Assembly (NCBI GenBank): GCA_022563195.1 | Contig: JADFNV010000006.1 | Coordinates: 12,045-76,044, forward strand | DNA length: 64,000 nt | Reading direction: 5' to 3' | From: Pseudomonadota bacterium | GTDB lineage: Bacteria; Pseudomonadota; Gammaproteobacteria; Steroidobacterales; Woeseiaceae | Shown here: positions 8,049 through 17,138 of the stretch, piece after piece | Layout of the letters: each line of letters begins with the position of its first letter | Numbering within the stretch: the first letter of the stretch is position 1 | Made by a program: the position numbers and the translations under genes | Notes under the pieces: model-generated | Seen by the model: only the letters and a program-made list of their open reading frames with translations | Told to the model about the DNA's origin: nothing | Database searches by the model: none

Positions 8049-8570
8049 TTATGGCAGTTCCACGACTCTCTGCAATAAGGTCTGGCCGATTATTCCATCC
8101 CTATAAAACCAGATGCCAACACCGAGGCCGGCGGCCAACAATCCACCGTGGATCCATGACAGGGTTTTTGTGTCGTGCCCGTCGCTGGCCTGCTTAATGG
8201 CCGCGAGCGCCGGAATCATCGCGAGAACGGGCATCGTTTCATCGATTGCACCACTGATGGCAAGGCCAATCGCTACCGCGATTGTCCCCGCAAGCAGGTG
8301 TTGGTCGCTGTGATTGCTGCCGCGAGACCAGTTGAATCTGCGTCGGTTTAATTCGTAAGCGCCGACTACTGCCATGTAGCTCCAGATGGCACCAAAAAAC
8401 CCCGCAACCAACTGCTCTCCGGTAACGACGCCGGCAACGCCATAAACACCAATGAAAAAACACGGGACCCCCATGAGCACAGCAATAACTGCGCCGGTAT
8501 TAACGAGGGCATTACCGGTCGATAGAGGTTCGCTGCGCTCCGAAAGTTCGTTGATGTGCGAGATCCCCAA
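8049..8570 (-). CDS. Hypothetical integral membrane protein
   Basis: 173 aa with 4-5 hydrophobic, Gly/Ala-rich segments. I recognise no motif. Confidence 0.45.
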   Translation of the reverse strand: MGISHINELSERSEPLSTGNALVNTGAVIAVLMGVPCFFIGVYGVAGVVTGEQLVAGFFGAIWSYMAVVGAYELNRRRFNWSRGSNHSDQHLLAGTIAVAIGLAISGAIDETMPVLAMIPALAAIKQASDGHDTKTLSWIHGGLLAAGLGVGIWFYRDGIIGQTLLQRVVELP

Positions 8571-8622
8571 GCCATATTGCTTCGGCTTTGTTAACTAGGA
8601 GATGACAGGATCGCCTTTATCA

Positions 8623-9789
8623 CTACGACTCGCGACTCATCTCCCATTTTGAATACACGGGGAACCGCCTTGCCAGGACTATTATCGTTGCCAGAAAGCC
8701 CGCCAGGAGTCCAAGTGCCAACGCGATGTCGACCCAATGATCAAATGGTCGATTGTCGGGCGACATAACCGGCATGATCATCAGGTACTTGTTGATCCAA
8801 ATCCCTAAATTTATGGAGATGGCGATGACGCTCATAGCAAACACCGATCGCTTGACGATCGCAAACACGAAAGCGACTAATGGCAGTGCAAAGCAGCCTA
8901 TGATCATGGTCCAGAAATAAGGAGCGTAATGACCGTACATCTGTCGCCACAGGGGCTCGGTTTCGTGCGGCAGGTTACCGAACCAGATTACGAAGAATTG
9001 TGCCCAAAAGAAATACAGCCACAGCAGGGTGAATGCGGTAACCAGCATTCCAAGGCTTTTGATCTGATGCGGTCCGAAATGCGCGCCGCCATCTACCCGC
9101 CGCATGACAACGGTGATCGCAATCACGGCGGCGAATCCCGCGAACATATTGCCAAACCAGTAATGAATCGGGAACACGCTGCTGTGCCAGTGCGGGATTA
9201 TCATCATTGCAAAATCCCATGCGATGAACGTATTGCAGGCAACAAACGCAATGATCACGATCGGTGAGAGCTTGTACAGTTGATCCTCAACTTCGTCTTG
9301 ATCGATAAACAATGCTGCATCACCGCTGGCCATATCCACGCGCAGACTTTTTCTCGCATAGAATGCTGCCAGACCATAAAACAACAAGAGTCCGCCTAGA
9401 TTTCTGATCACAAGCCAGTTGATGTCCAGCCAGGGGCTAATGTGTTCGTCAGGCGATACATTTAGCCAGTAAAAAAGATCATCGCGCGCAAAGTAAACGA
9501 TCAACAGAAAACCAACGATCGCAAATGGAAAATACGCCAGCGTCGAGAGTTCGGCCAATCGGTACCATGGTTTTCCCCAATCGGATTCAACGATGCGCAG
9601 CAGAGCTGTAAACACGACGCCAACCTGGCTGATGCCGAGCAGGAATAGAAACGAGACGGTGAACAAGGGAAAATCCGGCTGCACATCTGCATTTGTAACG
9701 GCGAAAACCAGGCTCGCGACACCTATCAGGAATATCGCGATCAATAAATTAAATACGATGCCGCCGCGCTGTGATCGCAAACCCATCAT
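8623..9789 (-). CDS. actF: Alternative Complex III subunit ActF (NrfD-like polytopic membrane subunit)
   Basis: 388 aa and multi-TM. It is the last gene of the act operon, and its start overlaps the actE stop by 4 nt. Confidence 0.7.
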   Translation of the reverse strand: MMGLRSQRGGIVFNLLIAIFLIGVASLVFAVTNADVQPDFPLFTVSFLFLLGISQVGVVFTALLRIVESDWGKPWYRLAELSTLAYFPFAIVGFLLIVYFARDDLFYWLNVSPDEHISPWLDINWLVIRNLGGLLLFYGLAAFYARKSLRVDMASGDAALFIDQDEVEDQLYKLSPIVIIAFVACNTFIAWDFAMMIIPHWHSSVFPIHYWFGNMFAGFAAVIAITVVMRRVDGGAHFGPHQIKSLGMLVTAFTLLWLYFFWAQFFVIWFGNLPHETEPLWRQMYGHYAPYFWTMIIGCFALPLVAFVFAIVKRSVFAMSVIAISINLGIWINKYLMIMPVMSPDNRPFDHWVDIALALGLLAGFLATIIVLARRFPVYSKWEMSRES

Positions 9790-10316
9790 GTCTCACCAAA
9801 CTCGTTCTTGATGTAATTCACGAGATGCCAGCGATCTTCGGTTGACATCGCCTGTCGGTAATACGGCATCGCAATGCTGCCGTGGCTGATCGTATAAAAA
9901 AGCTGACCGTCCGGTTGCAGTTGCACATAGTCGAGATTCAGTTCCATGGGCTGAGGTACAAACTTTTTGCCTACGGGCCCATCTCCGCGGCCCTGCTCGC
10001 CATGACAAAGCTGGCAATGCCGTTCATACATCTGCCTGCCCTTTTCGAATGAATCGTCATCCTTGGGATTAGGGTTGACCAGGACACGGCCTGCCTCCAG
10101 CCTGGCTAGAACCAATTCGATAATATCCTTTGGCGGAGGAAACCGATCCCTGCCATTAACGGGCACCGTTCTCTGGTTAATCTCAATTACCGAATCCTGG
10201 GGCTTCGGCGAAGGCTGATCCTGCATGTCCTTGTCCCAGGGCAACGTCAAACCGGCGCCCGGTATTGCCAGAAGGCAAATTACGCACGCCAGATCACGAA
10301 GCTGCGAGCTCTTCAC
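9786..10316 (-). CDS. actE: Alternative Complex III monohaem cytochrome c subunit ActE
   Basis: 176 aa with a signal/lipoprotein-like N-terminus and a single CQLCHG haem motif. Its position after actD fits the operon order. Confidence 0.8.
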   Translation of the reverse strand: MKSSQLRDLACVICLLAIPGAGLTLPWDKDMQDQPSPKPQDSVIEINQRTVPVNGRDRFPPPKDIIELVLARLEAGRVLVNPNPKDDDSFEKGRQMYERHCQLCHGEQGRGDGPVGKKFVPQPMELNLDYVQLQPDGQLFYTISHGSIAMPYYRQAMSTEDRWHLVNYIKNEFGET

Positions 10317-10819
10317 TGGCTTTCCTCCACATGCTGAATCTCGTCCGCCCCGGCGTCTCTGATGATGGCTTCGGCCCTGGCGATCTGATCTGCCACAGCG
10401 CCTTCCACGACGATGACGAATCGATCGACACCTGCCGATGACAGGTACGGTTTGTCATGCCATGCCGGCAGACCCGAGACGAAATGGAATCCTAATAATG
10501 TGAACAGGACGCCGAACAGTATCGTCATCTCATAGGTAATGATGAGAAATGGCGGTATTGAGAGGATAGCCCTGCCGCCAGTCGGCAGTATGAACGCCAG
10601 GGACGTGGCGACCACCAATGCGATTCCAGCTATGGCCCCGAAGATGGCGCCCGCCAGCGAAAAATGCCGGACACGCGACTTGCCGAGTCCGAGTACTTCA
10701 TTCGCCTCTTCAAGGGGAATAGGCGACAGCAGCGAAATATTATCGAATCCCGATGACTTCAGGTTCTTTGCGGCGTCGAGAAAATCTTCTTCGAACGCGA
10801 ACGATCCCAGAACGGCCAT
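10313..10819 (-). CDS. actD: Alternative Complex III subunit ActD (DUF3341-like)
   Basis: 168 aa with a soluble N-domain plus two TM helices. It is operon-internal, with overlapping stop/start codons. Confidence 0.7.
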   Translation of the reverse strand: MAVLGSFAFEEDFLDAAKNLKSSGFDNISLLSPIPLEEANEVLGLGKSRVRHFSLAGAIFGAIAGIALVVATSLAFILPTGGRAILSIPPFLIITYEMTILFGVLFTLLGFHFVSGLPAWHDKPYLSSAGVDRFVIVVEGAVADQIARAEAIIRDAGADEIQHVEESQ

Positions 10820-12144
10820 CAGGCATTCCTCCTGAGCGGCTTGAGCGTTTCCTTGACCTCATAAATCGATATTGCCGGCACCCACTTGATGAAGATCAGG
10901 AATAAGGTCACGAAGATCGCGAACGAACCGACCGAAATCGAGATTTCGATCCAGCTCGGGACATAATAGCCAAACGAGCCCGGCAGGAATTTGCGTGGCT
11001 GCGAAGTGGCTACGATGATAAATCTTTCGGTGAGCATGCCGATGTTGATCAGGATGGAGATCAACAACATCTTGTTCCAGGACAAGCGAATCTTCTTGAA
11101 CAGCATCAACAACGGCACGAACGCGCAGAACAGAAGCATCTCCCAGTAGAGCGGCGCATAGAACCCGGTCAGCTTGAAGCTCAAGGCCTCGAGTTCAAAC
11201 GATGTCCCGCCGAACCAGGTGCTGAAGAGCTCAAGAATGTTGATATAGCTCCATATCAGCGATAACGCGATCAGAAGTTTGCCGAGACTGTCGAGATGCA
11301 CCTGGCCGATGTAACGCTCAAATCCGAGAAACTTCCGCAGGCAATACATCACGGTCACAATGCCCGCCGTGCCAGAATAAATGGCGCCGCAGACAAAATA
11401 GGGGGCGAATATCGTGTGGTGAAATCCGGGGACGGCTGACAACGCGAAATCCCAGGACACGATGCTGTGCACTGACACCGCCAGCGGAATAACAAAGACG
11501 GCGAAGAAGGTATAGGCCCATCCAAGCGTATGCCATTCCTTGGCCGTGCCACGCCAGCCGAAAGAGAAGATTGTGTAAAGACGGCGCCTCAATCCCGTGC
11601 TCGCGTCGCGGACCGCGGCAAAATCAGGCACCGACCCCATGTAGATAAAAATCGAACTAGCGGTCAGGTAAGTCGTAATAGCCATTACGTCGAACATCAG
11701 GGGCGATCGGAAGTTCGGCCACAAGCCCATTTCGTTGGGAATCGGGAAGCTCCAATGTACGAACCACACGCGGCCAACATGCACCATGACAAATAATGCC
11801 GCCGTCATCAGTGAGAACAGCGTCATGGCCTCTGCACTGCGATATATAGATTTGCGCCAAGGACTGTTGGTGATATGCAGCACCGCGGACAGCAAGGTGC
11901 CGGAGTGGCTCAAGCCGATCCAGAAAATGAAGTTGGACAGATAGCTGCCCCAGACTGCATTGTGATTCATGCCGGCGGCACCTACGCCCACGAACAGCTG
12001 ATAGATCCACGGCATGAAGAAGCAGATTCCCGCCACACTCATTGTCATGCCCAACAACATCCAGTACTTGGGGCCGGTCTCCAGCATCGTGGAGAGGATG
12101 TCCTTGTTGACCTCCGCGTAACTTGGCTGTCCGTGATCAAACAT
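10819..12144 (-). CDS. actC: Alternative Complex III quinol-interacting membrane subunit ActC (NrfD/PsrC family)
   Basis: 441 aa, about 10 TM helices and NrfD-like composition. It follows the Fe-S subunit. Confidence 0.85.
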   Translation of the reverse strand: MFDHGQPSYAEVNKDILSTMLETGPKYWMLLGMTMSVAGICFFMPWIYQLFVGVGAAGMNHNAVWGSYLSNFIFWIGLSHSGTLLSAVLHITNSPWRKSIYRSAEAMTLFSLMTAALFVMVHVGRVWFVHWSFPIPNEMGLWPNFRSPLMFDVMAITTYLTASSIFIYMGSVPDFAAVRDASTGLRRRLYTIFSFGWRGTAKEWHTLGWAYTFFAVFVIPLAVSVHSIVSWDFALSAVPGFHHTIFAPYFVCGAIYSGTAGIVTVMYCLRKFLGFERYIGQVHLDSLGKLLIALSLIWSYINILELFSTWFGGTSFELEALSFKLTGFYAPLYWEMLLFCAFVPLLMLFKKIRLSWNKMLLISILINIGMLTERFIIVATSQPRKFLPGSFGYYVPSWIEISISVGSFAIFVTLFLIFIKWVPAISIYEVKETLKPLRRNA

Positions 12145-12190
12145 CGCTTGTGATTCTTCTCCGCTGGGTAAACTTGAAACTGTTATCGAA

Positions 12191-12943
12191 TTAGGCGTGC
12201 ACTTTTTTCAAGTAGACGATCGACGGTGTTGTATTGAGTTCTTTTAGAACGGCATAGCCCCTGGTGTCTTTCATCATCTTCGACACCTTGGCTTCCGGAT
12301 CTTTGCTATTGCCAAACACCATGGCCTCGGTCGGGCAACTTTGAACGCAGGCGGGAATGACCTCGCCGTCACGAACCCGGCGTCGGTTGTCATCCTTTGC
12401 ATTGTCTTTGGCAATGCGAATACGCTGAATACAGAACGTGCATTTCTCCATGACGCCCTTTTCGCGCACGCTGACATCCGGATTTAATTGCTGCTCCAGC
12501 GGTTCGTCCCATGTGTAGGTGAACCAGTTGAAATATCGCACCTCGTATGGGCAGTAAACAGCACAGGTCCGGGTGCCGATGCAACGGTTATAAATCTGTG
12601 TGTTCAGTCCATCTTGATTGTGATATGTCGCATACACCGGGCACGCGGTCTCACAAGGTGCGTCGTCGCACTGCTGGCAGAGCATCGGGATAAATCCCAT
12701 CTTGATGTTGGGGTACTCACCCTCCCAGTAGCGCTCGATACGAATCCACTTGATCTCACGGCTCTGGGCGAAGCGGTCTTCACCGACGATAGGAAGATTG
12801 TTTTCGGCCTGGCAAGCAACGACACAGGCCTCACAACCCGTGCAGCGATCCAGGTCGATCGTCATCGTCCAGTGATAATCGAATTCGTCGTAATAACCGG
12901 GTTTACTGTAAGCCTTAAGCTTTTCAACGATGGTACTCAACAC
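12191..12943 (-). CDS. actB: Alternative Complex III iron-sulfur subunit ActB2 (4Fe-4S ferredoxin-type), encoded separately from ActB1
   Basis: 250 aa with several Cys clusters: CTGCEACVVACQ, CQQCDDAPCETACP, CIGTRTCAVYCP and CTFCIQR...CVQSCP. Confidence 0.85.
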   Translation of the reverse strand: MLSTIVEKLKAYSKPGYYDEFDYHWTMTIDLDRCTGCEACVVACQAENNLPIVGEDRFAQSREIKWIRIERYWEGEYPNIKMGFIPMLCQQCDDAPCETACPVYATYHNQDGLNTQIYNRCIGTRTCAVYCPYEVRYFNWFTYTWDEPLEQQLNPDVSVREKGVMEKCTFCIQRIRIAKDNAKDDNRRRVRDGEVIPACVQSCPTEAMVFGNSKDPEAKVSKMMKDTRGYAVLKELNTTPSIVYLKKVHA

Positions 12944-12956
12944 GGCTCCTTAATCA

Positions 12957-15203
12957 TTACGTATGACCGTTCCCAGGTCCCAAAATTTGACGGCCCAGGG
13001 TGCGGGTTACACCGTCGGTCTTGACTATCTGCAGACGTTCGCCGGTGTTAGTGACTTTCACACGCGTCGCCGCCCAGGCCAAGTCGCCTGACTGGTCGTC
13101 CATAAGCGTCTCGACGATATGAATTGGATTGACGCCCCGGTCCTTGGCATAACGACCGTAAGCTGCATGGCCCTGGCCAATCGGTATCGCAATTACGCCG
13201 GGCCTGATCGCCGGGAATATGAACGCCGGAACACGAACTGAGCCGACCGGTGATGCAACGATCAGCACATCTCCCTCTTCGATGCCAAGGTCCCTGGCCG
13301 TCACCGGGTTTAACTCGGCCCAGGACCCATACACGACGCTAGTCATCGGATCAGGCAACTCCTGCAACCACGGCAGATTGGCTCCCCGGCCATCCAGGAA
13401 AGTTGCGGTCAGATATGGATGCAGTACAAACGGATAGTCGGCCTCGTCGCCGGCAAAATTCGATACCGGGTCCGCGATCGCAGCGATCGTCGACGAACTC
13501 GAAACCTCGGGTTGCTTGCCGGCCGCCGCACCAGGTTGCCCCCACACACCCGCTTCGAGCACGGCCTGCCAGAATGCCTCAAATCCCTGATCTTGCCCCT
13601 CTGACCCGCGCTCATCATATTCTTCGCGCCAGCGATCCTTGATGAACTCTTCTATCGTGGCCCAGGGCATGTGTATCGGCAGCTCACCGCCAATTTGCCG
13701 CGCCAGCGACAACATGATGTCGCCAACGGGCAGCGTGTCATACAACGGTGCCACGACCGGCTGGGATAACGAGGCTACCGGGAAGCCTACACCGGGGTCC
13801 GGCATATCATCGCCCCAGGACTCCAGATACGTGTTGGTGGGCAGGATGAGATCCGCCATCTCGGTCGTCTCATCGTGGAAGCTCGACAGTGCGATGATTA
13901 ATGGTACGTTTTCCATCGCTTGCCGGAATCCGACGTTGTCAGGCAGAGAAAATGCAGGATTGGTGTCGTGCACGAGCAATACTTCTACGTCGCCAGCTTG
14001 CATGGCCGCGACGAGATCGAGTGCTCCCTGAAGGCCTGCCGGACTGGAACCCGTCGCAGCCGGGAACGCCTGTGCGGAATTGAAAATTACCCCGCCCGGT
14101 TTACCTAAATTGCCGGCGAGATGATTCAATGCGTTGACCGCGACGACACTTGCCACGGCATTCGTACCTGCCGCAGTTGCACCACCGGCGATAGCGAGAC
14201 TAGCGGTACTCGCGCCGAATTCCCTGGCAATGCGGGCGATAGTGTCTTCACTGACTTCGGTCTCGGCAGACACCACAGACGGCGAATACGCCTGTAGTGC
14301 ACTTGACCACTCGTCCCTGTCGTTGCCGGCATAGCTGCCTGAACTAACAAGCACATGGGCTATCCCCAAGGCGAGCAAGCCCTCTGTACCCGGTCGCGCC
14401 GCGATCCATTCATCGGCAGCGGCGCCGCTTAGCGACATTCGCGGTTCGACCTGTACCGTCTTTCCGCGTTGGCCCTGTCGGCCCTGGCGCAATTTTCCGT
14501 ATGCGAGACTGTGGTGAACCGGAGAGAGCCAGGTGCCTAAATAGTCAGCTCCGAACGACAGCAGAAAATCGGTATTTTCTATGTCGTAGTACGGCAAGAC
14601 GTCTGTACCGAACGACGTTTTGTTGGCGGCCGCAAGGGCTGACGGATAAGTAAAATCGTATTGCTGATAATGCTCTGATCCGAGCAAACTCATAAACTGC
14701 GCAAACAGTTCATCGAGGTGCCCCCTCGTTCGACCCGTTAGCAGCCTGATGCGATTGGCATTGCCCTCAATTTTAAGCCGGCCGATACGACTGCCTATCG
14801 TCGTGAGCGCGTCATCCCAGCTTATCTCTGCAGTGTATTCAGATCCGCGATCGGTCCTCTGCAACGGCGTTCTGATGCGATCGGGATTGTACAAAACATT
14901 CAATCCGGCTTGCCCCCTTGCGCACAGTCGACCCCGACTGACCGGGTGCACAGGATTGCCTTCGATCTTTTTTGCTTTGCCTTCGCGTATACGCACGGAG
15001 ATTCCGCAACCGGCAGAACACTGATTGCAGACCGTGTTGTACCAGGTCGCAACTCCCGGCGAATAATCTTCCGGCGGAACCACTTGCGGAATCAGTAATT
15101 CGACATCTCGTTGCACCGCCTCGCCGTACAGAACGCCACCAACGACGCCGATGCCCCCGGCCCCGATATATTGCAGCAAATCTCTACGGCTTACCTTTGA
15201 CAT
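12957..15203 (-). CDS. actB: Alternative Complex III molybdopterin-oxidoreductase-like subunit ActB1 with a Tat signal
   Basis: 748 aa. It has the twin-arginine motif SRRDLLQYIG, an N-terminal Cys cluster CNQCSAGCGISV and a DMSO-reductase-family-like body. Confidence 0.85.
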   Translation of the reverse strand: MSKVSRRDLLQYIGAGGIGVVGGVLYGEAVQRDVELLIPQVVPPEDYSPGVATWYNTVCNQCSAGCGISVRIREGKAKKIEGNPVHPVSRGRLCARGQAGLNVLYNPDRIRTPLQRTDRGSEYTAEISWDDALTTIGSRIGRLKIEGNANRIRLLTGRTRGHLDELFAQFMSLLGSEHYQQYDFTYPSALAAANKTSFGTDVLPYYDIENTDFLLSFGADYLGTWLSPVHHSLAYGKLRQGRQGQRGKTVQVEPRMSLSGAAADEWIAARPGTEGLLALGIAHVLVSSGSYAGNDRDEWSSALQAYSPSVVSAETEVSEDTIARIAREFGASTASLAIAGGATAAGTNAVASVVAVNALNHLAGNLGKPGGVIFNSAQAFPAATGSSPAGLQGALDLVAAMQAGDVEVLLVHDTNPAFSLPDNVGFRQAMENVPLIIALSSFHDETTEMADLILPTNTYLESWGDDMPDPGVGFPVASLSQPVVAPLYDTLPVGDIMLSLARQIGGELPIHMPWATIEEFIKDRWREEYDERGSEGQDQGFEAFWQAVLEAGVWGQPGAAAGKQPEVSSSSTIAAIADPVSNFAGDEADYPFVLHPYLTATFLDGRGANLPWLQELPDPMTSVVYGSWAELNPVTARDLGIEEGDVLIVASPVGSVRVPAFIFPAIRPGVIAIPIGQGHAAYGRYAKDRGVNPIHIVETLMDDQSGDLAWAATRVKVTNTGERLQIVKTDGVTRTLGRQILGPGNGHT

Positions 15204-15205
15204 GG

Positions 15206-15751
15206 CTATTTATGGCAAGTCCAGCAGTCGCGACCATGTTCTACTTCTCTTTCTGTGTGGCAATCGACACACCACGGCATTTTCATCGTCGCTACGCGGG
15301 TAATACGGTCCATCGTCTCTACCGGACCGTGACATTCCTGACACGAGAGGCCTGCCTTGATGTGTCGCTTATGCGTAAAGTGAACAAAGTCAGGAAGGTC
15401 GTGAACTTTAATCCACGGAATCGGTTCACGATTTTCCCAGTAAGTGGCCAGCTTCAGGATCTCCGGACTTTCGCGAACGCTCGGTACGGATTTGTGGCAT
15501 CCCATGCATTTGCTAACGCTGGGTACGCCGGCAACCGGCGTTCGCTCAGCGTAGATGTGACAGTGCTGGCACGGAATCTCGTTATCCGTGGCATGTATCG
15601 TGTGACTGAATTCGATGGGCTGAATCGGACTGCGATCGGAAAAATATTTGCCGTGTACCCATGCGCCGACAAACAGTCCGATCACAAGCACAAGCGCAAG
15701 CAAGGCAGGCTTCTTCGCGGGCTGTAGCGCATCAAGAACAGAGATAGACAA
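15206..15751 (-). CDS. actA: Alternative Complex III pentahaem cytochrome c subunit ActA
   Basis: 181 aa with an N-terminal TM anchor and five CxxCH motifs (CQHCH, CMGCH, CQECH, CVDCH, CWTCH). The start codon is TTG at 15751, preceded by the SD AAGAGGG with 8-nt spacing. Confidence 0.85.
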   Translation of the reverse strand: MSISVLDALQPAKKPALLALVLVIGLFVGAWVHGKYFSDRSPIQPIEFSHTIHATDNEIPCQHCHIYAERTPVAGVPSVSKCMGCHKSVPSVRESPEILKLATYWENREPIPWIKVHDLPDFVHFTHKRHIKAGLSCQECHGPVETMDRITRVATMKMPWCVDCHTEREVEHGRDCWTCHK

Positions 15752-15776
15752 ATTTCGATCCCTCTTTTGGGGCGAG

Positions 15777-15801
15777 AGTTTGCCCGGAAGCCGGGCAAAC
15801 T
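15777..15801. promoter_or_regulatory. 11-bp-stem palindrome AGTTTGCCCGG-AAG-CCGGGCAAACT in the divergent actA / cytochrome c intergenic region
   Basis: Read directly from the sequence. It is flanked by the direct repeats ACAAATTTCGAT (15748-15759, overlapping the actA TTG start) and ACAAATTTCAAT (15802-15813). Confidence 0.4.
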
Positions 15802-15882
15802 ACAAATTTCAATTGCACCGCGGCGGTGACTTCGGTACGTTTGGTCACGCTTTAATCGCCCTGAGGCGCACTGAAACGAATC

Positions 15883-16530
15883 ATGAAGACTCTCATCCCT
15901 TCGTTATTATTGTTGATTGCCGCTCTTGGCTATGGACCCGTTGTCGAAGCGGCTGGCGATGCTGAAAAAGGCAAAATGCTGTACACCATTTGTGCTGCCT
16001 GTCACGGAACGAATGCTGAAGGCAAGGCTGCGCTTAACGCCCCGGCCAACGCCGGCCAGGATCCCTGGTACATGACCCGCCAATTGAAAAACTTCAAGGC
16101 TGGTATTCGTGGCGCCCATCCGGACGACACGTTTGGCGCACAGATGCGGCCAATGGCGATGGTGTTAGCCGATGATCAGGCTATTGCGGACGTCGTGGCA
16201 TACATTTCGAGCCTGGATTTGCCCAATCCTCCGCAGACCATCGACGGCGATGTCGAGCTCGGTAAGCAGGCCTATGAGACCTGCATTCCCTGTCACGGTG
16301 AATTCGGTCAAGGGGCACAGGCCCTGGATGCACCGCGCCTGTCCAGGCAACATGACTGGTATATCGTCCGACAACTTGAGAATTTCAAGAAAGGAATTCG
16401 CGGTAGCCATCAAAACGATATTTACGGCGCCCAGATGCGCATCATGTCGCAGATGCTTGAATCGGACGAACGGGTGCGCGCCGTCGCTGCTTACATCGCC
16501 ACGCTGCAGCGTCCGCCGATCAGTGATTAA
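15883..16530 (+). CDS. Periplasmic dihaem cytochrome c (c4-like)
   Basis: 215 aa with a signal peptide and two CxxCH motifs (CAACHG, CIPCHG). Each half resembles the dihaem tail of CoxB (QLKNFKAGIRGAHPDD versus QLRNYKSGLRGIHEDD). Confidence 0.85.
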   Translation: MKTLIPSLLLLIAALGYGPVVEAAGDAEKGKMLYTICAACHGTNAEGKAALNAPANAGQDPWYMTRQLKNFKAGIRGAHPDDTFGAQMRPMAMVLADDQAIADVVAYISSLDLPNPPQTIDGDVELGKQAYETCIPCHGEFGQGAQALDAPRLSRQHDWYIVRQLENFKKGIRGSHQNDIYGAQMRIMSQMLESDERVRAVAAYIATLQRPPISD

Positions 16531-16556
16531 TCGTGGAGCGGTTTACTGGTGATCAC

Positions 16557-16952
16557 TCATAACCGCATCAGGTGCATGGACGGACCTGCCAATTCAGTGC
16601 CGTTGATATTGATCCGAACCCGGTAGTGTCCCGGCACCGGAAACATCACTTTTTCGAGAGGCAAAATAAGATGCGTTTTTGCCGGCGCCTTCGATTCTGG
16701 CCGGGCCTCCACGTCGGTATGACCTTCGATAAAGAAGATTGACTTACCGCCGGGATCGGTGAGATCTGCAGTAAATGGAATTCGGCCAGCCAGATCGTGC
16801 GGCCATTCTACGATGCCGACGAGAACCATCCTGTCCTGACGCGCCGGAAAGTCGGGCGCATGCAGCTCATTAAATATGCCGTGAATGTCAAGCTTGCCGT
16901 CCGCTCCGACACCGGCGTCCGTGCAAAACAAAAAAACCGCGTCCATTTTCAA
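16557..16952 (-). CDS. Hypothetical small soluble protein (pattern reminiscent of DUF6941)
   Basis: 131 aa. It reads DAGVGADGKLDIHGIFNELHAPDFPA...LTDPGGKS...FPVPGHYRVRININGTEL. It is antisense to the surrounding cox genes. Confidence 0.4.
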   Translation of the reverse strand: MKMDAVFLFCTDAGVGADGKLDIHGIFNELHAPDFPARQDRMVLVGIVEWPHDLAGRIPFTADLTDPGGKSIFFIEGHTDVEARPESKAPAKTHLILPLEKVMFPVPGHYRVRININGTELAGPSMHLMRL

Positions 16953-17138
16953 CTTATCCTCCGCTCTGTCGATAATACAGATACGGGACAGTCTAAGCTG
17001 TGGAAATCGGTTACTGAATACTCTATTCTCCGCCTTGGAATATGCAGGCTGACTACATTTAGATATCCGACAGCAATCCCAAATCCGATGTGGTAGCGAT
17101 TCGCCGCGCCGGTCACGATATTAAAGGATGCATAACAT

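Noticed and set aside
14972-15727. Long antisense ORFs in GC-rich genes: 14972-15727 (251 aa), 25565-26341 (258 aa), 33185-33877 (230 aa), 44929-45657 (242 aa), 56394-57059 (221 aa), 62188-62862 (224 aa) and 1403-2245 (280 aa)
   Set aside because: Each lies opposite a gene with strong family motifs, and their translations are Arg/Ala/Gly-rich with no motifs. These are typical high-GC shadow frames.
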